DNA of 64,000 nt from an uncultured Eubacteriales bacterium (GCA_934502885.1 CAKSUT010000004.1:39232-103231), one strand, 5' to 3'; counted from the stretch's first letter, positions 9,034 through 18,005 are shown. Notes: generated from the sequence alone by a model not told the origin. Program-made: numbers and translations.

Positions 9034-10281
9034 ATGACAAAAATTATTGATGAAAATATCGCTGCAATAGCGGCGGAGGATCCGGAAATTGCGGAAGCGG
9101 TGAAGCTTGAGCTTGCAAGACAAAGAAGGAACATAGAGCTTATTGCCTCCGAAAACTTCGTCTCACCGGCGGTAATGGCGGCAATGGGTACTCCGCTTAC
9201 CAACAAGTATGCCGAAGGCTACCCGGGAAAGAGATACTACGGCGGCTGTCAGTGCGTCGATATCGCAGAGAATATCGCACGTGAGCGTGCCTGCCGTCTT
9301 TTCGGCGCGGAACACGCAAACGTCCAGCCTCACAGCGGCGCTCAGGCTAATACCGCAGTGTACATAGCCCTTCTCAAGGCAGGAGACACCGTGATGGGTA
9401 TGAACCTTGCTCACGGCGGACATCTTACCCACGGAAGTCCCGTAAACCTTTCGGGTCTCTACTATAATATAGTACCGTACGGCGTAAACGACGACGGCTT
9501 TATCGATTACGACGAAATGGAAAGAATCGCAATCGAAACTAAGCCGAAACTCATTATTGCCGGTGCCAGCGCATACGCAAGAGAGATTGACTTCGCACGC
9601 TTTGCGGACGTTGCAAAGAAGGTCGGCGCATACCTCATGGTAGATATGGCGCATATCGCGGGACTCGTTGCCGCAGGACTTCACATGAGCCCCGTCCCGT
9701 ATGCCGACGTTGTCACCACAACAACGCACAAGACCCTCAGAGGACCGAGAGGCGGTATGATACTTTGCCGTGAAGAGCTTGCAAAGCAGATAGATAAGGC
9801 AGTGTTCCCCGGTACGCAGGGCGGACCTCTCATGCACATCATCGCCGCAAAGGCGGTATGCTTCGGCGAAGCTCTCAAGCCCGAGTTCAAGGAATACCAG
9901 AAGCAGATTGTGAAGAACTCCAAGGCGTTTGCCGCAGCTCTTCTCGACGAGGGCTTCAAGCTTGTCTCCGGCGGCACGGATAACCATCTCTGCCTTGTTG
10001 ACCTTCGTCCCTTTGATATCACGGGCAAAGAGTTCGAGCATCGTCTCGACGAGGTATATATCACCGCCAACAAGAACGCAATACCGAACGACCCCCAGAG
10101 CCCGTTTGTAACGAGCGGACTGCGCGTCGGTACCCCGGCGGCTACCTCGAGAGGTCTTGTCGAAGAGGACTTTGTAAATATAGCGCATCTCATGAAGCTC
10201 ACCGCTGCCGACTTTGAGAACAGCGCCGACACTGTCCGCGCCGAGGTTGAAAAGCTCTGCGAAAAGTATCCGCTTTATTGA
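9034..10281 (+). CDS. glyA: Serine hydroxymethyltransferase
   Basis: Full-length SHMT similarity ([25 protein letters not shown]-Lys motif [14 protein letters not shown]). ATG at 9034 sits 6 nt after AAGGAGA. Confidence 0.95.
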   Translation: MTKIIDENIAAIAAEDPEIAEAVKLELARQRRNIELIASENFVSPAVMAAMGTPLTNKYAEGYPGKRYYGGCQCVDIAENIARERACRLFGAEHANVQPHSGAQANTAVYIALLKAGDTVMGMNLAHGGHLTHGSPVNLSGLYYNIVPYGVNDDGFIDYDEMERIAIETKPKLIIAGASAYAREIDFARFADVAKKVGAYLMVDMAHIAGLVAAGLHMSPVPYADVVTTTTHKTLRGPRGGMILCREELAKQIDKAVFPGTQGGPLMHIIAAKAVCFGEALKPEFKEYQKQIVKNSKAFAAALLDEGFKLVSGGTDNHLCLVDLRPFDITGKEFEHRLDEVYITANKNAIPNDPQSPFVTSGLRVGTPAATSRGLVEEDFVNIAHLMKLTAADFENSADTVRAEVEKLCEKYPLY

Positions 10282-10282
10282 G

Positions 10283-10750
10283 ATGAGCGCAGATAATACG
10301 AAAAACGGTGTCGCCGTGAAAATAATGCGCACCTCGCACCATACGCTTCCCGTACCCGAATATGCAACGTCGGGCGCGGCAGCACTTGACCTTCGCGCAA
10401 ACACAGACACCAACATAATAATACCTCACGGAAAAAGCACCGCCGTTTCCACAGGATTCGCCTTTGAAATACCGTGCGGCTATGTGGGAATCGTGTGCGC
10501 AAGAAGCGGTCTTGCCGCAAAAAACGGCATCTGCCTTTCAAACGGAATAGGCGTCATTGACAGCGACTACAGAGGCGAGGTAAAGGTGCTTCTCACAAAC
10601 CTGTCGGACAAAGACTTCTGCGTTACTCACGGGATGAGGGTCGCACAGATGATGATTATGCCGTATGAATTTGCGGCGCTTGCCGAAACCGATTCGCTTT
10701 CCGACACCGAGAGGGGAGAAGGCGGCTTCGGTTCAACCGGCGTGAAATAA
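10283..10750 (+). CDS. dut: dUTP diphosphatase
   Basis: Trimeric dUTPase motifs: SGAAALDL, ARSGLAAKNGI, GVIDSDYRGE and GGFGSTG. The start lies 1 nt after the glyA stop. Confidence 0.9.
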   Translation: MSADNTKNGVAVKIMRTSHHTLPVPEYATSGAAALDLRANTDTNIIIPHGKSTAVSTGFAFEIPCGYVGIVCARSGLAAKNGICLSNGIGVIDSDYRGEVKVLLTNLSDKDFCVTHGMRVAQMMIMPYEFAALAETDSLSDTERGEGGFGSTGVK

Positions 10751-10775
10751 TATTTGCAAAGAGGTAGCGGTCAGT

Positions 10776-11033
10776 ATGAAATCAAGGACGCTCATGTTTA
10801 TATTCCTGCTGTTTTCGGGTATTGTCGTCGGTTCGCTTGTCGGTGAAATGGCGGCAGGTGTCCCGGCACTCTCGTGGCTCAATTTCGGACTGCGCTTCGG
10901 ACTCGATGCGCCCGTTTCGCTGAGCCTCGGAGTCATCGCCCTGAGCTTCGGCTTTTCGATAAACCTCACCGTGTCGTGCATAATATTCGTTATATTGTCG
11001 CTTTTTATCGGCACAAAGGTTTTCAGAGGATGA
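10776..11033 (+). CDS. Small membrane protein, DUF4321-like
   Basis: 85 aa with two to three TM helices. GSLVGE...VPALSWLNFG..FGL pattern, and the usual position directly upstream of maf in Clostridia. Confidence 0.7.
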   Translation: MKSRTLMFIFLLFSGIVVGSLVGEMAAGVPALSWLNFGLRFGLDAPVSLSLGVIALSFGFSINLTVSCIIFVILSLFIGTKVFRG

Positions 11034-11049
11034 TAAGGAGTACGAAAAT

Positions 11050-11622
11050 ATGAAGTTTATACTTGCGTCCAAATCCCCGAGACGTTCCGAGCTTCTCGGT
11101 AAGATAGGCATGAAGTTTGAGGTCAGAGTGACCGACGCCGACGAAACGATACCGAAAGATATCACAAAGCCTGAAGAAATAGTGAAGTATCTTTCGCGTG
11201 TCAAAGCCCTCGCAATGAGGGATGAAATCGGTGATGATGAGCTTGTTATCGCCGCCGACACTCTCGTGTTTCACGGAAGCGACATACTCGGAAAGCCGCA
11301 TGACAGTGACGATGCCGCGCGTATGTTAAAGCTTCTTTCGGGAGATATGCATACCGTCGCGACGGGCTTTACGCTCATGACGAAGGAAAAGACTTACACG
11401 GAAGCCGTTGAGTCGAAGGTGTATTTCAGAGAGCTTTCCGACAGTGAGATTGAACGTTATGTCTCGACGGGTGAACCGATGGACAAAGCCGGCTCATACG
11501 GCATCCAGGGACTTGCCGCGAAGTTCGTCGAAAGAATCGACGGAGACGTTTTCTCCGTAATAGGACTTCCGCTGAGTGCGCTGAGCAAAGCTCTTTTGTC
11601 TGAGTTCGGAATCGAAATTTAA
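11050..11622 (+). CDS. maf: Maf-like nucleoside triphosphate pyrophosphatase (septum formation protein)
   Basis: ILASKSPRRSELL, ADTLV, DKAGSYGIQG motifs; 190 aa. Confidence 0.9.
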   Translation: MKFILASKSPRRSELLGKIGMKFEVRVTDADETIPKDITKPEEIVKYLSRVKALAMRDEIGDDELVIAADTLVFHGSDILGKPHDSDDAARMLKLLSGDMHTVATGFTLMTKEKTYTEAVESKVYFRELSDSEIERYVSTGEPMDKAGSYGIQGLAAKFVERIDGDVFSVIGLPLSALSKALLSEFGIEI

Positions 11623-11625
11623 AGA

Positions 11626-11667
11626 AAAATACGCACCGTCGTCTCAAATGCCGACGGTGCGTATTTT
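11626..11667. terminator. Bidirectional rho-independent terminator (maf / dehydrogenase convergent pair)
   Basis: 16-bp perfect stem AAAATACGCACCGTCG/CGACGGTGCGTATTTT with a 10-nt loop. A/T runs are built into both ends. Confidence 0.75.
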
Positions 11668-11683
11668 ATATGTGTGCTTTTAA

Positions 11684-12697
11684 TCAGAGAAGCTTCCAGT
11701 CAAAGACGACGCCGATGGGGAAATCCTTGTCGTTGGCGAGTCTGTCGTAGACCTTTGCCGTATCTCTCGGAGATACCACCTCGTTTATGACCTTGTCAAA
11801 TGATATTCTGCCGGAGGCGAGAAGATCGAATACCGCTCTTTGGTCGTCCTGCCATGTCCAGTAGTGCGGATACGACTCAAACTGCGGTCTTGCCATCGTG
11901 TGAGCGCCGATTATCTTGACGCCGGGCTTATGTACTTTTTCGTAGTAGTTGATTATCGTATCGGGAACACGTGTACAGCCGAGAAGCGCTATGCGTCCGA
12001 AGCGTGCCGTGCAGTCGAGAGCCTGGTCAAGTGCCGAGCAGATGCCCGTAACCTCGATTACGCACTTTGTGCCGATGCCTCTTGTGACGCTCTTTACCTT
12101 TTGTGCGAAGTCCTTTTCGGAGGGATCGAAAGCGTAGTCCGCGCCGAGTTCAAGCGCGAGCTTTCTTCTCTCGGGTTTGAGGTCTGCGGCGATTATGGGA
12201 TACGCTCCTGCCGCTCTTGCGAATATAACCGAGAACACGCCGAGTATGCCGAGTCCCATAACAAGAAGGCTTTCGCCGACTTCAAGCTCCGTTTTGCGAA
12301 GCGCCGCCATGGGAAAAACGGTGATGTTGCCGAACGACGCCTCGTAGTCTGTGATATTGTCGTGTTCAACCTTGAGAATGTTCGAGACCGGTGCGTGATA
12401 ATAAAGTCCGTTTCCGGCAAAGTTTCCGGTCACTCTGTCGCCTGCCTTGTAGCCGTTTACACCCTCGCCGATTGCTTCGATTATACCGCAGTTGGTGTAA
12501 CCTATGTGCTTGGGATAGGAGTTTGCGGCGCACGAAATATTCGGCATATCGAGAAGATTTGCACGCTCCGTTCCGGCACTTACCGCCGACGCCGAGGTGT
12601 GTATGAGTACGTGTCCGTCCGGCACCTTGTCAGGAAGCTCAAATTCTTCAAGCTCCGCACGTCCTCTTTCGGGAAATATGGGTCTGTAGGATTTCAT
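11684..12697 (-). CDS. Medium-chain dehydrogenase/reductase (zinc-type alcohol dehydrogenase family)
   Basis: GroES-like N-domain followed by a Rossmann fold (LVMGLGILG). 337 aa, with an RBS before the ATG. The canonical catalytic Zn ligands were not obvious by eye. Confidence 0.75.
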   Translation of the reverse strand: MKSYRPIFPERGRAELEEFELPDKVPDGHVLIHTSASAVSAGTERANLLDMPNISCAANSYPKHIGYTNCGIIEAIGEGVNGYKAGDRVTGNFAGNGLYYHAPVSNILKVEHDNITDYEASFGNITVFPMAALRKTELEVGESLLVMGLGILGVFSVIFARAAGAYPIIAADLKPERRKLALELGADYAFDPSEKDFAQKVKSVTRGIGTKCVIEVTGICSALDQALDCTARFGRIALLGCTRVPDTIINYYEKVHKPGVKIIGAHTMARPQFESYPHYWTWQDDQRAVFDLLASGRISFDKVINEVVSPRDTAKVYDRLANDKDFPIGVVFDWKLL

Positions 12698-12767
12698 GAT
12701 AAAACCTCCGTTATAATAAAGACTGTATTTTGCGGTCAGGATTTTTCACTGTTTGTATTTTACCACG

Positions 12768-12796
12768 TTGACAATCGGTTTGCAATATGCTATAAT
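12768..12796 (+). promoter_or_regulatory. Sigma-A-type promoter for the AraC-family gene
   Basis: TTGACA-N17-TATAAT, 40 nt upstream of ATG 12836. Confidence 0.55.
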
Positions 12797-12835
12797 ATTC
12801 AAAAAAGACTGTATTGTGCATGTGCGGAGGAAACA

Positions 12836-13642
12836 ATGTATTATACTTTTAAGAAAACTCTCAGGTTAAACTATCTATCTTCTTATTTTTGCTATCGCAG
12901 TAAATACAGCATAACACGATGTTTACAGGGAAAAGAACGTTCTTGCTTCGGTTTTCTTACCAAAGGACGTTGTATCCTTAACCGCAAAGGCGAAAGTATA
13001 CCGGCGTCTGGCGGCGAGCTTATATATATCCCAAAGTGGTGCAGATATATCTCCGAATGGTTCGGAGACCCCGATATCGAGTTTTTCGGTACGGCGTTTG
13101 AATTTGATTTGCCGAATGCCATTCCGCCGTATGAGCTGCAAAGAGTGCCGCTCCCGGACGACGAAACGAAAAAAAAGGTGGAGGATATAATGAGAAGAAT
13201 GTATGAATCCGAGGACGAGCATGACAGGGATATTCTCGTTGAGTCTTTGTTTTTGCAGCTTTTTCATGAGGTCAAACCCTATATGATAACCTCCGGCGGC
13301 ATCTCTTGCGAAGCTGAGGCGAATACCGTCGCAAAGGGACGCAAATACATAGACGAACACTTCACGGAAAATTTTTCAATTAGTGTTGCTGCCGACGCAT
13401 GCGGACTCTCCGAATCGTATTTCTATCGTGCCTTCAAACGCTCGGAGGGGATAACTCCCGTTGAATACAGAACCTCTCTTCGTATAAGGCTTGCTGCGGA
13501 GCTTCTCGAAAGCGGAAAACATTCTGTTGAACAGATCTGCGGAATGACGGGTTTTTCGTCGTCTGCTCATTTCCGCAAAGTATTTCGAGAGTATACGGGA
13601 GTAAACCCGAAGGAGTACTCCTATAAGCGAAGCATCATTTAA
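12836..13642 (+). CDS. AraC/XylS-family transcriptional regulator (cupin-like sensor + HTH_18)
   Basis: C-terminal double HTH (ISVAADACGLSESYFYRAFKR..GITPVEYR...SVEQICGMTGFSSSAHFRKVFREYTGVNPKEY). The ORF-track start at 11840 was rejected because that part is antisense to the dehydrogenase. ATG 12836 follows GGAGGAAAC. Confidence 0.85.
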   Translation: MYYTFKKTLRLNYLSSYFCYRSKYSITRCLQGKERSCFGFLTKGRCILNRKGESIPASGGELIYIPKWCRYISEWFGDPDIEFFGTAFEFDLPNAIPPYELQRVPLPDDETKKKVEDIMRRMYESEDEHDRDILVESLFLQLFHEVKPYMITSGGISCEAEANTVAKGRKYIDEHFTENFSISVAADACGLSESYFYRAFKRSEGITPVEYRTSLRIRLAAELLESGKHSVEQICGMTGFSSSAHFRKVFREYTGVNPKEYSYKRSII

Positions 13643-13674
13643 GTTTGAACGAATTGTTAAATTGTTTTTTGCTG

Positions 13675-13703
13675 TTGACAAAATCTTATGAAAGTGATAT
13701 AAT
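13675..13703 (+). promoter_or_regulatory. Sigma-A-type promoter for the glycyl-radical enzyme gene
   Basis: TTGACA-N17-TATAAT. Confidence 0.55.
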
Positions 13704-13797
13704 ATAGGTGTCGAGTAACATTAACGTTAATGTTGTGCCGATATTAAAGACATTTTGTAGGACTTATACATATTTCACATTGAAAAGGAGAATGACC

Positions 13798-15873
13798 ATG
13801 ACAGAGAGAATTGCTAAAATCCTTGCGGCGTGCAACGCGAAGGAGCAGAAGAAGTACAGACGCTCTTTTGACGAATCGCTTGTCGGCGAGTTCAGAAATC
13901 AGAAAACCCATATCGAGAGAATGACGAAGAGACTCGAGCTTTTGTTTGATGCGGAAGTACCCGTTGTGAACAAAGACGCAAAAATCGTGCTTCAGAGAAC
14001 GGTTGTTGATGTTCCGTCGATATTCACCGACGAAGAGTACAACGAAATCCACTCCAAGCACTTTTTCCACGAGAACGGTTATCTTTCAAATATCAGCCCC
14101 GACTATTCCATAGTGATAAATAAGGGCTTCGGCAAGCTCCGCGAAGAGATTGCCGAGAGCAGAAAGAACTGCGAGGCGAAGAACGACGCCGAGGGAATAC
14201 TTGAGCTCGACAGTATGTTGAAGCAGATAAACAGCGTCGCAAAGCTCTGCGAAAAGTACAGAGCCGAGGCGGAGAAGGTCGGAAACACAGAGGTTGCGAA
14301 GATTCTTTCGAGAGTTCCCGAAAACGCCGCTTCCTCTTTCCACGAAGCGCTTCAGTTCTTCCGCATACTCCATTATACGATTTGGGCTGAGGGTGAATAT
14401 CACAACACCGTCGGACGTTTCGACCAGTATATGTTCCCGTACTTCGATAAGGACATCAAGAACGGCGTTCTAACGGAGGACGAAGCGTTTGAGCTTCTCG
14501 AGGAGTTCTTTATCTCCTTCAATATAGACAGCGACAAGTACACCGGTGTACAGCAGGGCGACGACGGTCAGTCCATGATGCTCGGCGGAGTTACCAAGGA
14601 CGGCAAAGACGCATTCAACCGCCTTTCCTCTCTCTGCATGAAGGCAAGCGGCGAGCTTCTTCTCATCGACCCCAAGATAAACCTCAGAGTTGATAAAAAT
14701 ACGCCTCACGAAAGATTCGTCGAGGGTACTCACCTCACAAAGGCAGGTCTCGGATTCCCGCAGTACTCGAACGACGACGTCGTAATCCCGGGACTTGTGA
14801 AGCTCGGCTATGACCTCGAGGACGCAAGAAACTACACCGTTGCGGCTTGCTGGGAGTATATCATTCCCGGCGTTGGGATGGATATCCCGAATATCGGCGC
14901 ACTTTCTTTCCCGAAGGTTGTGTCGAGAGTTATCGCCGCAAAGCTTCGTGACTGCAAGACGATGGACGAGCTTGTCGGCTACGTCAAGGACGAAATAAAG
15001 GCTGAGTGCGAAGAACTTTGCAAGGGCAGAGAGAATCTCTATATCTTCCCGGCTCCCTTCATGTCGCTTCTCATGGACGGCTGTGTCGAGAGAGCAAGAG
15101 ATATAACCCTCGGCTCCAAGTACAACAACTTCGGCTTCCACGGCACCGGTGTCGCAACCGCAACCGACTCCCTCTACTCGATAGAAAAGCATATTTTCGA
15201 CGACAAGGACGTAACCGCAGACGAAATGCTCAAGGCAATCGACTCAAACTTTGTCGGCTACGAAGAGCTTAAGAATGAGCTCAGATACGGCACTGACAAA
15301 ATGGGCAATGATAACGACGACGTCGATAAGTATTCCGTAATGCTTCTCGATACTTTCGCCGACGCTCTCAAGGGCAGAAAGAACGAGAGAGGCGGTATCT
15401 TCCGCGCAGGTACAGGTTCCGCGATGTTCTACCTCTGGCACGCAAGCGAAATTCCCGCTACTCCCGACGGCAGATGCGCAAAGGAGCCTTTCGGCACAAA
15501 CTTTTCCCCGAACCTCTTCTCGAAGGTTGACGGACCGCTTTCCGTAATTAAGTCGTTTACAAAACAGCATCTCATCAACACCATAAACGGCGGACCGCTC
15601 ACTCTTGAATTCCACTCGTCCGTGTTCAACTCCGACGACGGCATAGAAAAGACGGCACGTCTTGTCGAAGCGTTCATCGCTCTCGGCGGTCATCAGCTCC
15701 AGCTCAACGCCGTAAACCGTGAGATTCTCCTTGACGCTCAGAAGCACCCCGAGAATCATCAGAACCTCATCGTCCGTATTTGGGGATGGTCGGCTTACTT
15801 CTGCGAACTCGATAAATCTTATCAGGATCACGTTATCGCAAGATGCGAGTTCGGTCAGGACAGCCCCATGTAA
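13798..15873 (+). CDS. Glycyl radical enzyme, PFL-like/dehydratase family, short form (~690 aa)
   Basis: C-terminal glycine loop NLIVRIWGWSAYFCEL, thiyl loop TVAACWEYIIPG (Cys-x-Glu), and family blocks GRFDQYMFPYF, ATPDGR and GGHQLQLNAV. ATG 13798 sits 7 nt after AAAGGAG. Confidence 0.85.
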   Translation: MTERIAKILAACNAKEQKKYRRSFDESLVGEFRNQKTHIERMTKRLELLFDAEVPVVNKDAKIVLQRTVVDVPSIFTDEEYNEIHSKHFFHENGYLSNISPDYSIVINKGFGKLREEIAESRKNCEAKNDAEGILELDSMLKQINSVAKLCEKYRAEAEKVGNTEVAKILSRVPENAASSFHEALQFFRILHYTIWAEGEYHNTVGRFDQYMFPYFDKDIKNGVLTEDEAFELLEEFFISFNIDSDKYTGVQQGDDGQSMMLGGVTKDGKDAFNRLSSLCMKASGELLLIDPKINLRVDKNTPHERFVEGTHLTKAGLGFPQYSNDDVVIPGLVKLGYDLEDARNYTVAACWEYIIPGVGMDIPNIGALSFPKVVSRVIAAKLRDCKTMDELVGYVKDEIKAECEELCKGRENLYIFPAPFMSLLMDGCVERARDITLGSKYNNFGFHGTGVATATDSLYSIEKHIFDDKDVTADEMLKAIDSNFVGYEELKNELRYGTDKMGNDNDDVDKYSVMLLDTFADALKGRKNERGGIFRAGTGSAMFYLWHASEIPATPDGRCAKEPFGTNFSPNLFSKVDGPLSVIKSFTKQHLINTINGGPLTLEFHSSVFNSDDGIEKTARLVEAFIALGGHQLQLNAVNREILLDAQKHPENHQNLIVRIWGWSAYFCELDKSYQDHVIARCEFGQDSPM

Positions 15874-15890
15874 TAAATTCATGTGTAAAA

Positions 15891-15926
15891 CTGCTGCCGC
15901 GGTACTTTCCGCGGCAGCAGTTTTTT
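15891..15926 (+). terminator. Rho-independent terminator after the GRE gene
   Basis: 12-bp GC-rich stem CTGCTGCCGCGG/CCGCGGCAGCAG with a 6-nt loop and a T6 run. Confidence 0.85.
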
Positions 15927-16013
15927 CGTGTGCGTGACATGACGGCACATCGCAGAACGGGAAAATACGGAGAATACTTACAAATAATTTTACATTGAAA
16001 ACCGCAAAAGCCG

Positions 16014-16042
16014 TTGACTTATGCGGCGCGATTTGCTATAAT
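16014..16042 (+). promoter_or_regulatory. Sigma-A-type promoter
   Basis: TTGACT-N17-TATAAT. Confidence 0.55.
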
Positions 16043-16081
16043 GAAAAAAAGATGTACAGTGTGACATTGCGAGGTGAAAAG

Positions 16082-16906
16082 GTGGGCATACTCGAATTTC
16101 TCTTCGGAAAAAAGAGGTCGGATAAACAAAGAACCGATTTTAAACGAAGCGGCAATGAAACGAAACCCGAAGAATGCGGGTTTTGCAGAAAAGGCAAAAT
16201 TTATCTTGATGTCCCGTATACGGAAAAAGACAGGGCGAAAGCTCTCGGCGCACGCTGGGATCCCGATATCAAAAAGTGGTATTACGAAGGCACTGCCAAA
16301 AATTACGTGAAATTTGCGGAGTGGCTTTCCGACAGCGACGAAATAACAATCGCGTTCGATTATCTCTACATTGTTGAAAGACCGAGAATCTGCTACAGAT
16401 GCGGCAAGCAAACCCGTGTCGTCGGTCTTGCGCTCGGAGAACATATGGTAATTTCCGAAGACGATAACGGAAAACGCGAATGCTCTTGCTTTGAAGATAA
16501 GGTCGATTCGCAGAACCTGTTTGTGACATGGGAACTGTGTGAAGACGCTATCCCTCCGGCACTTCTCGAATACTTGAAGAATAATTACAACCTCCATGTC
16601 GGAAGCTCGAAAATCGGCGGAGTGTACTTTGCAAACCACTGTGAATGCTGCGGTGCAATACAGGGCTCAAACTACCTCGCGGAGGAGGATCTGTGCTTTG
16701 CCGCCGAAACCCCGGAGGGCATCGAGGAGTTGAAAAAATACAGAGTATACGCTGTAGGCATAGACGAAGATTTGGTAATCGATTGGAATATCGGTTACTC
16801 CGAAAAAGACGGAGTATACCTGAAGTACGGAAAATTGTGCGAGCTGAAGCTTCCGCAAAGCAAATTTGAAGACGTGATAACATACAGAGAGCTTCATGAC
16901 TTGTAA
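16082..16906 (+). CDS. Hypothetical protein: DUF5710-like N-terminal motif plus Cys4 zinc-ribbon-containing C-terminal domain
   Basis: LDVPYTEKDRAKALGARWDPDIKKWYY resembles the DUF5710 motif. CYRCGK...HCECCG looks like a Zn-ribbon. GTG 16082 sits 7 nt after GAGG, so it is preferred over ATG 16052 and the ORF-track start at 15995, which lies upstream of the promoter. Confidence 0.5.
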   Translation: MGILEFLFGKKRSDKQRTDFKRSGNETKPEECGFCRKGKIYLDVPYTEKDRAKALGARWDPDIKKWYYEGTAKNYVKFAEWLSDSDEITIAFDYLYIVERPRICYRCGKQTRVVGLALGEHMVISEDDNGKRECSCFEDKVDSQNLFVTWELCEDAIPPALLEYLKNNYNLHVGSSKIGGVYFANHCECCGAIQGSNYLAEEDLCFAAETPEGIEELKKYRVYAVGIDEDLVIDWNIGYSEKDGVYLKYGKLCELKLPQSKFEDVITYRELHDL

Positions 16907-16940
16907 ACGCCGATGAAAATGAAACATTTGAGGTGAGAAA

Positions 16941-17249
16941 ATGAAAATAGCGGAACTTACGGAAAAAATGATTGCCTTTTCAAACGGCAATATTCACGAT
17001 ATCGACCATTTTATCCGCGTTTGGGCACAGCCGAGAAAGAGCAGTCCGAACCCGATCCTTGTCGGGCATCATCACACGTTCCGCAATATTGACGGCGCAG
17101 ACTATCAGATTTTAGTTGAAGCCGATTACATGGCAAATGCTTCCGAAAAAGGCTACAGCAAGCACAATATCGATAACTTTGCAGAAAAATTCATCAAAAC
17201 CGCCGCTGGAAAGAGACTTGCGAAAGAAGCGCTTGAAAGAAACGAATGA
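16941..17249 (+). CDS. HD-domain protein remnant (apparent internal deletion removing the H..HD metal-binding core)
   Basis: The ends match a ~165-aa clostridial HD family: N-terminus MKIAELTEKMIAFSNGNIHDIDHFIRVW and C-terminus LVGHHHTF..IDGADYQILVEADYMANASEKGYSK. The central ~60 aa are missing, so the ORF is only 102 aa. Confidence 0.5.
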   Translation: MKIAELTEKMIAFSNGNIHDIDHFIRVWAQPRKSSPNPILVGHHHTFRNIDGADYQILVEADYMANASEKGYSKHNIDNFAEKFIKTAAGKRLAKEALERNE

Positions 17250-17330
17250 CACAGACGCACGGTGCGGACAGAAACGTGTGACAGATACAGAAACGGTTGT
17301 TATACGAAATTACGGAAAGCAGGGTTAATT

Positions 17331-17864
17331 ATGGTTTACACAAATAATTACAGTTCACCTCTCGGCGGTATTACGCTTGCAAGCGGCGGCGAAAGCCTGA
17401 CGGGACTTTGGTTTGACGGTCAGAAGTGTTTCGGTGATACTCTCGGCGGTGAAAGCGAATGCGCAGAACTTCCGATTTTTGAAGAGACGAAGAAATGACT
17501 TGATACGTATTTTACCGGCAGGAATCCCGGCTTCACGCCTTGTGTTTGCTTTGATTCTTCACAGTTCAGAGAGAGCGTGTGGTAGATACTCTTGACAATT
17601 CCGTTCGGCAAGACGATGACCTACGGTGAAATTGCAAAGCTTCTTGCGGAAAAAAGAGGCACTCGCGGAATGTCAGCTCAGGCGGTGGGCGGTGCTGTCG
17701 GTCACAATCCGATTTCGCTTATTGTTCCGTGTCACAGAGTAGTCGGGACTAACGGAAGCCTTACGGGTTACGCCGGCGAAACAGACAAAAAAATACGGCT
17801 TCTCGAACTTGAGAAAGCCGATATGAAGGGGCTTTTCGTTCCGAAACGCGGAACGGCTTTTTGA
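17331..17864 (+). pseudogene. ogt: Methylated-DNA-protein-cysteine methyltransferase (Ogt/MGMT) pseudogene with two in-frame stops
   Basis: A single reading frame carries the whole MGMT sequence (MVYTNNYSSPLGGITLAS...EETKK*LDTYFTG...FRESVW*ILLTIPFGKTMTYGEIA...IVPCHRVVG). It is interrupted by TGA at 17496-17498, at the conserved Trp position, and by TAG at 17583-17585. Confidence 0.8.
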
Positions 17865-17976
17865 AATTTCGCATCGTTATTTTACCGTTTTTGAAAGGCA
17901 GTGAAACTGCGTGTTCGCACTCACTGTCTTTTTTGCGCTTTTGAGAAACCCTTTTATTAAATGAGTCTTAAATCTA

Positions 17977-18005
17977 TTGACATCCGAGAGATACGGTGAT
18001 ATAAT
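17977..18005 (+). promoter_or_regulatory. Sigma-A-type promoter for the CAT-like gene pair
   Basis: TTGACA-N17-TATAAT. It leaves a ~105-nt leader before ATG 18117. Confidence 0.55.

Noticed and set aside
9163-10416. 417-aa ORF on the minus strand
   Set aside because: It is entirely antisense to glyA and dut, whose products are unmistakable. The ORF's own sequence is low-complexity (Arg/Cys/Val-rich), has no RBS and shows no family resemblance. It is a shadow ORF.
11840-12835. 332-codon N-terminal extension of the AraC-family ORF (ORF-track start 11840)
   Set aside because: This part is antisense to the dehydrogenase gene and lies upstream of the TTGACA-N17-TATAAT promoter at 12768. The true start is taken as ATG 12836.
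17496-17498. In-frame TGA at a conserved Trp position in ogt, as possible evidence of UGA=Trp recoding (genetic code 4/25)
   Set aside because: TGA terminates well-conserved genes at the expected length in this window, for example purB at 3527-3529 and QueG-like paralogue 2 at 56666-56668. The same ogt frame also contains a TAG. A pseudogene is the simpler explanation.
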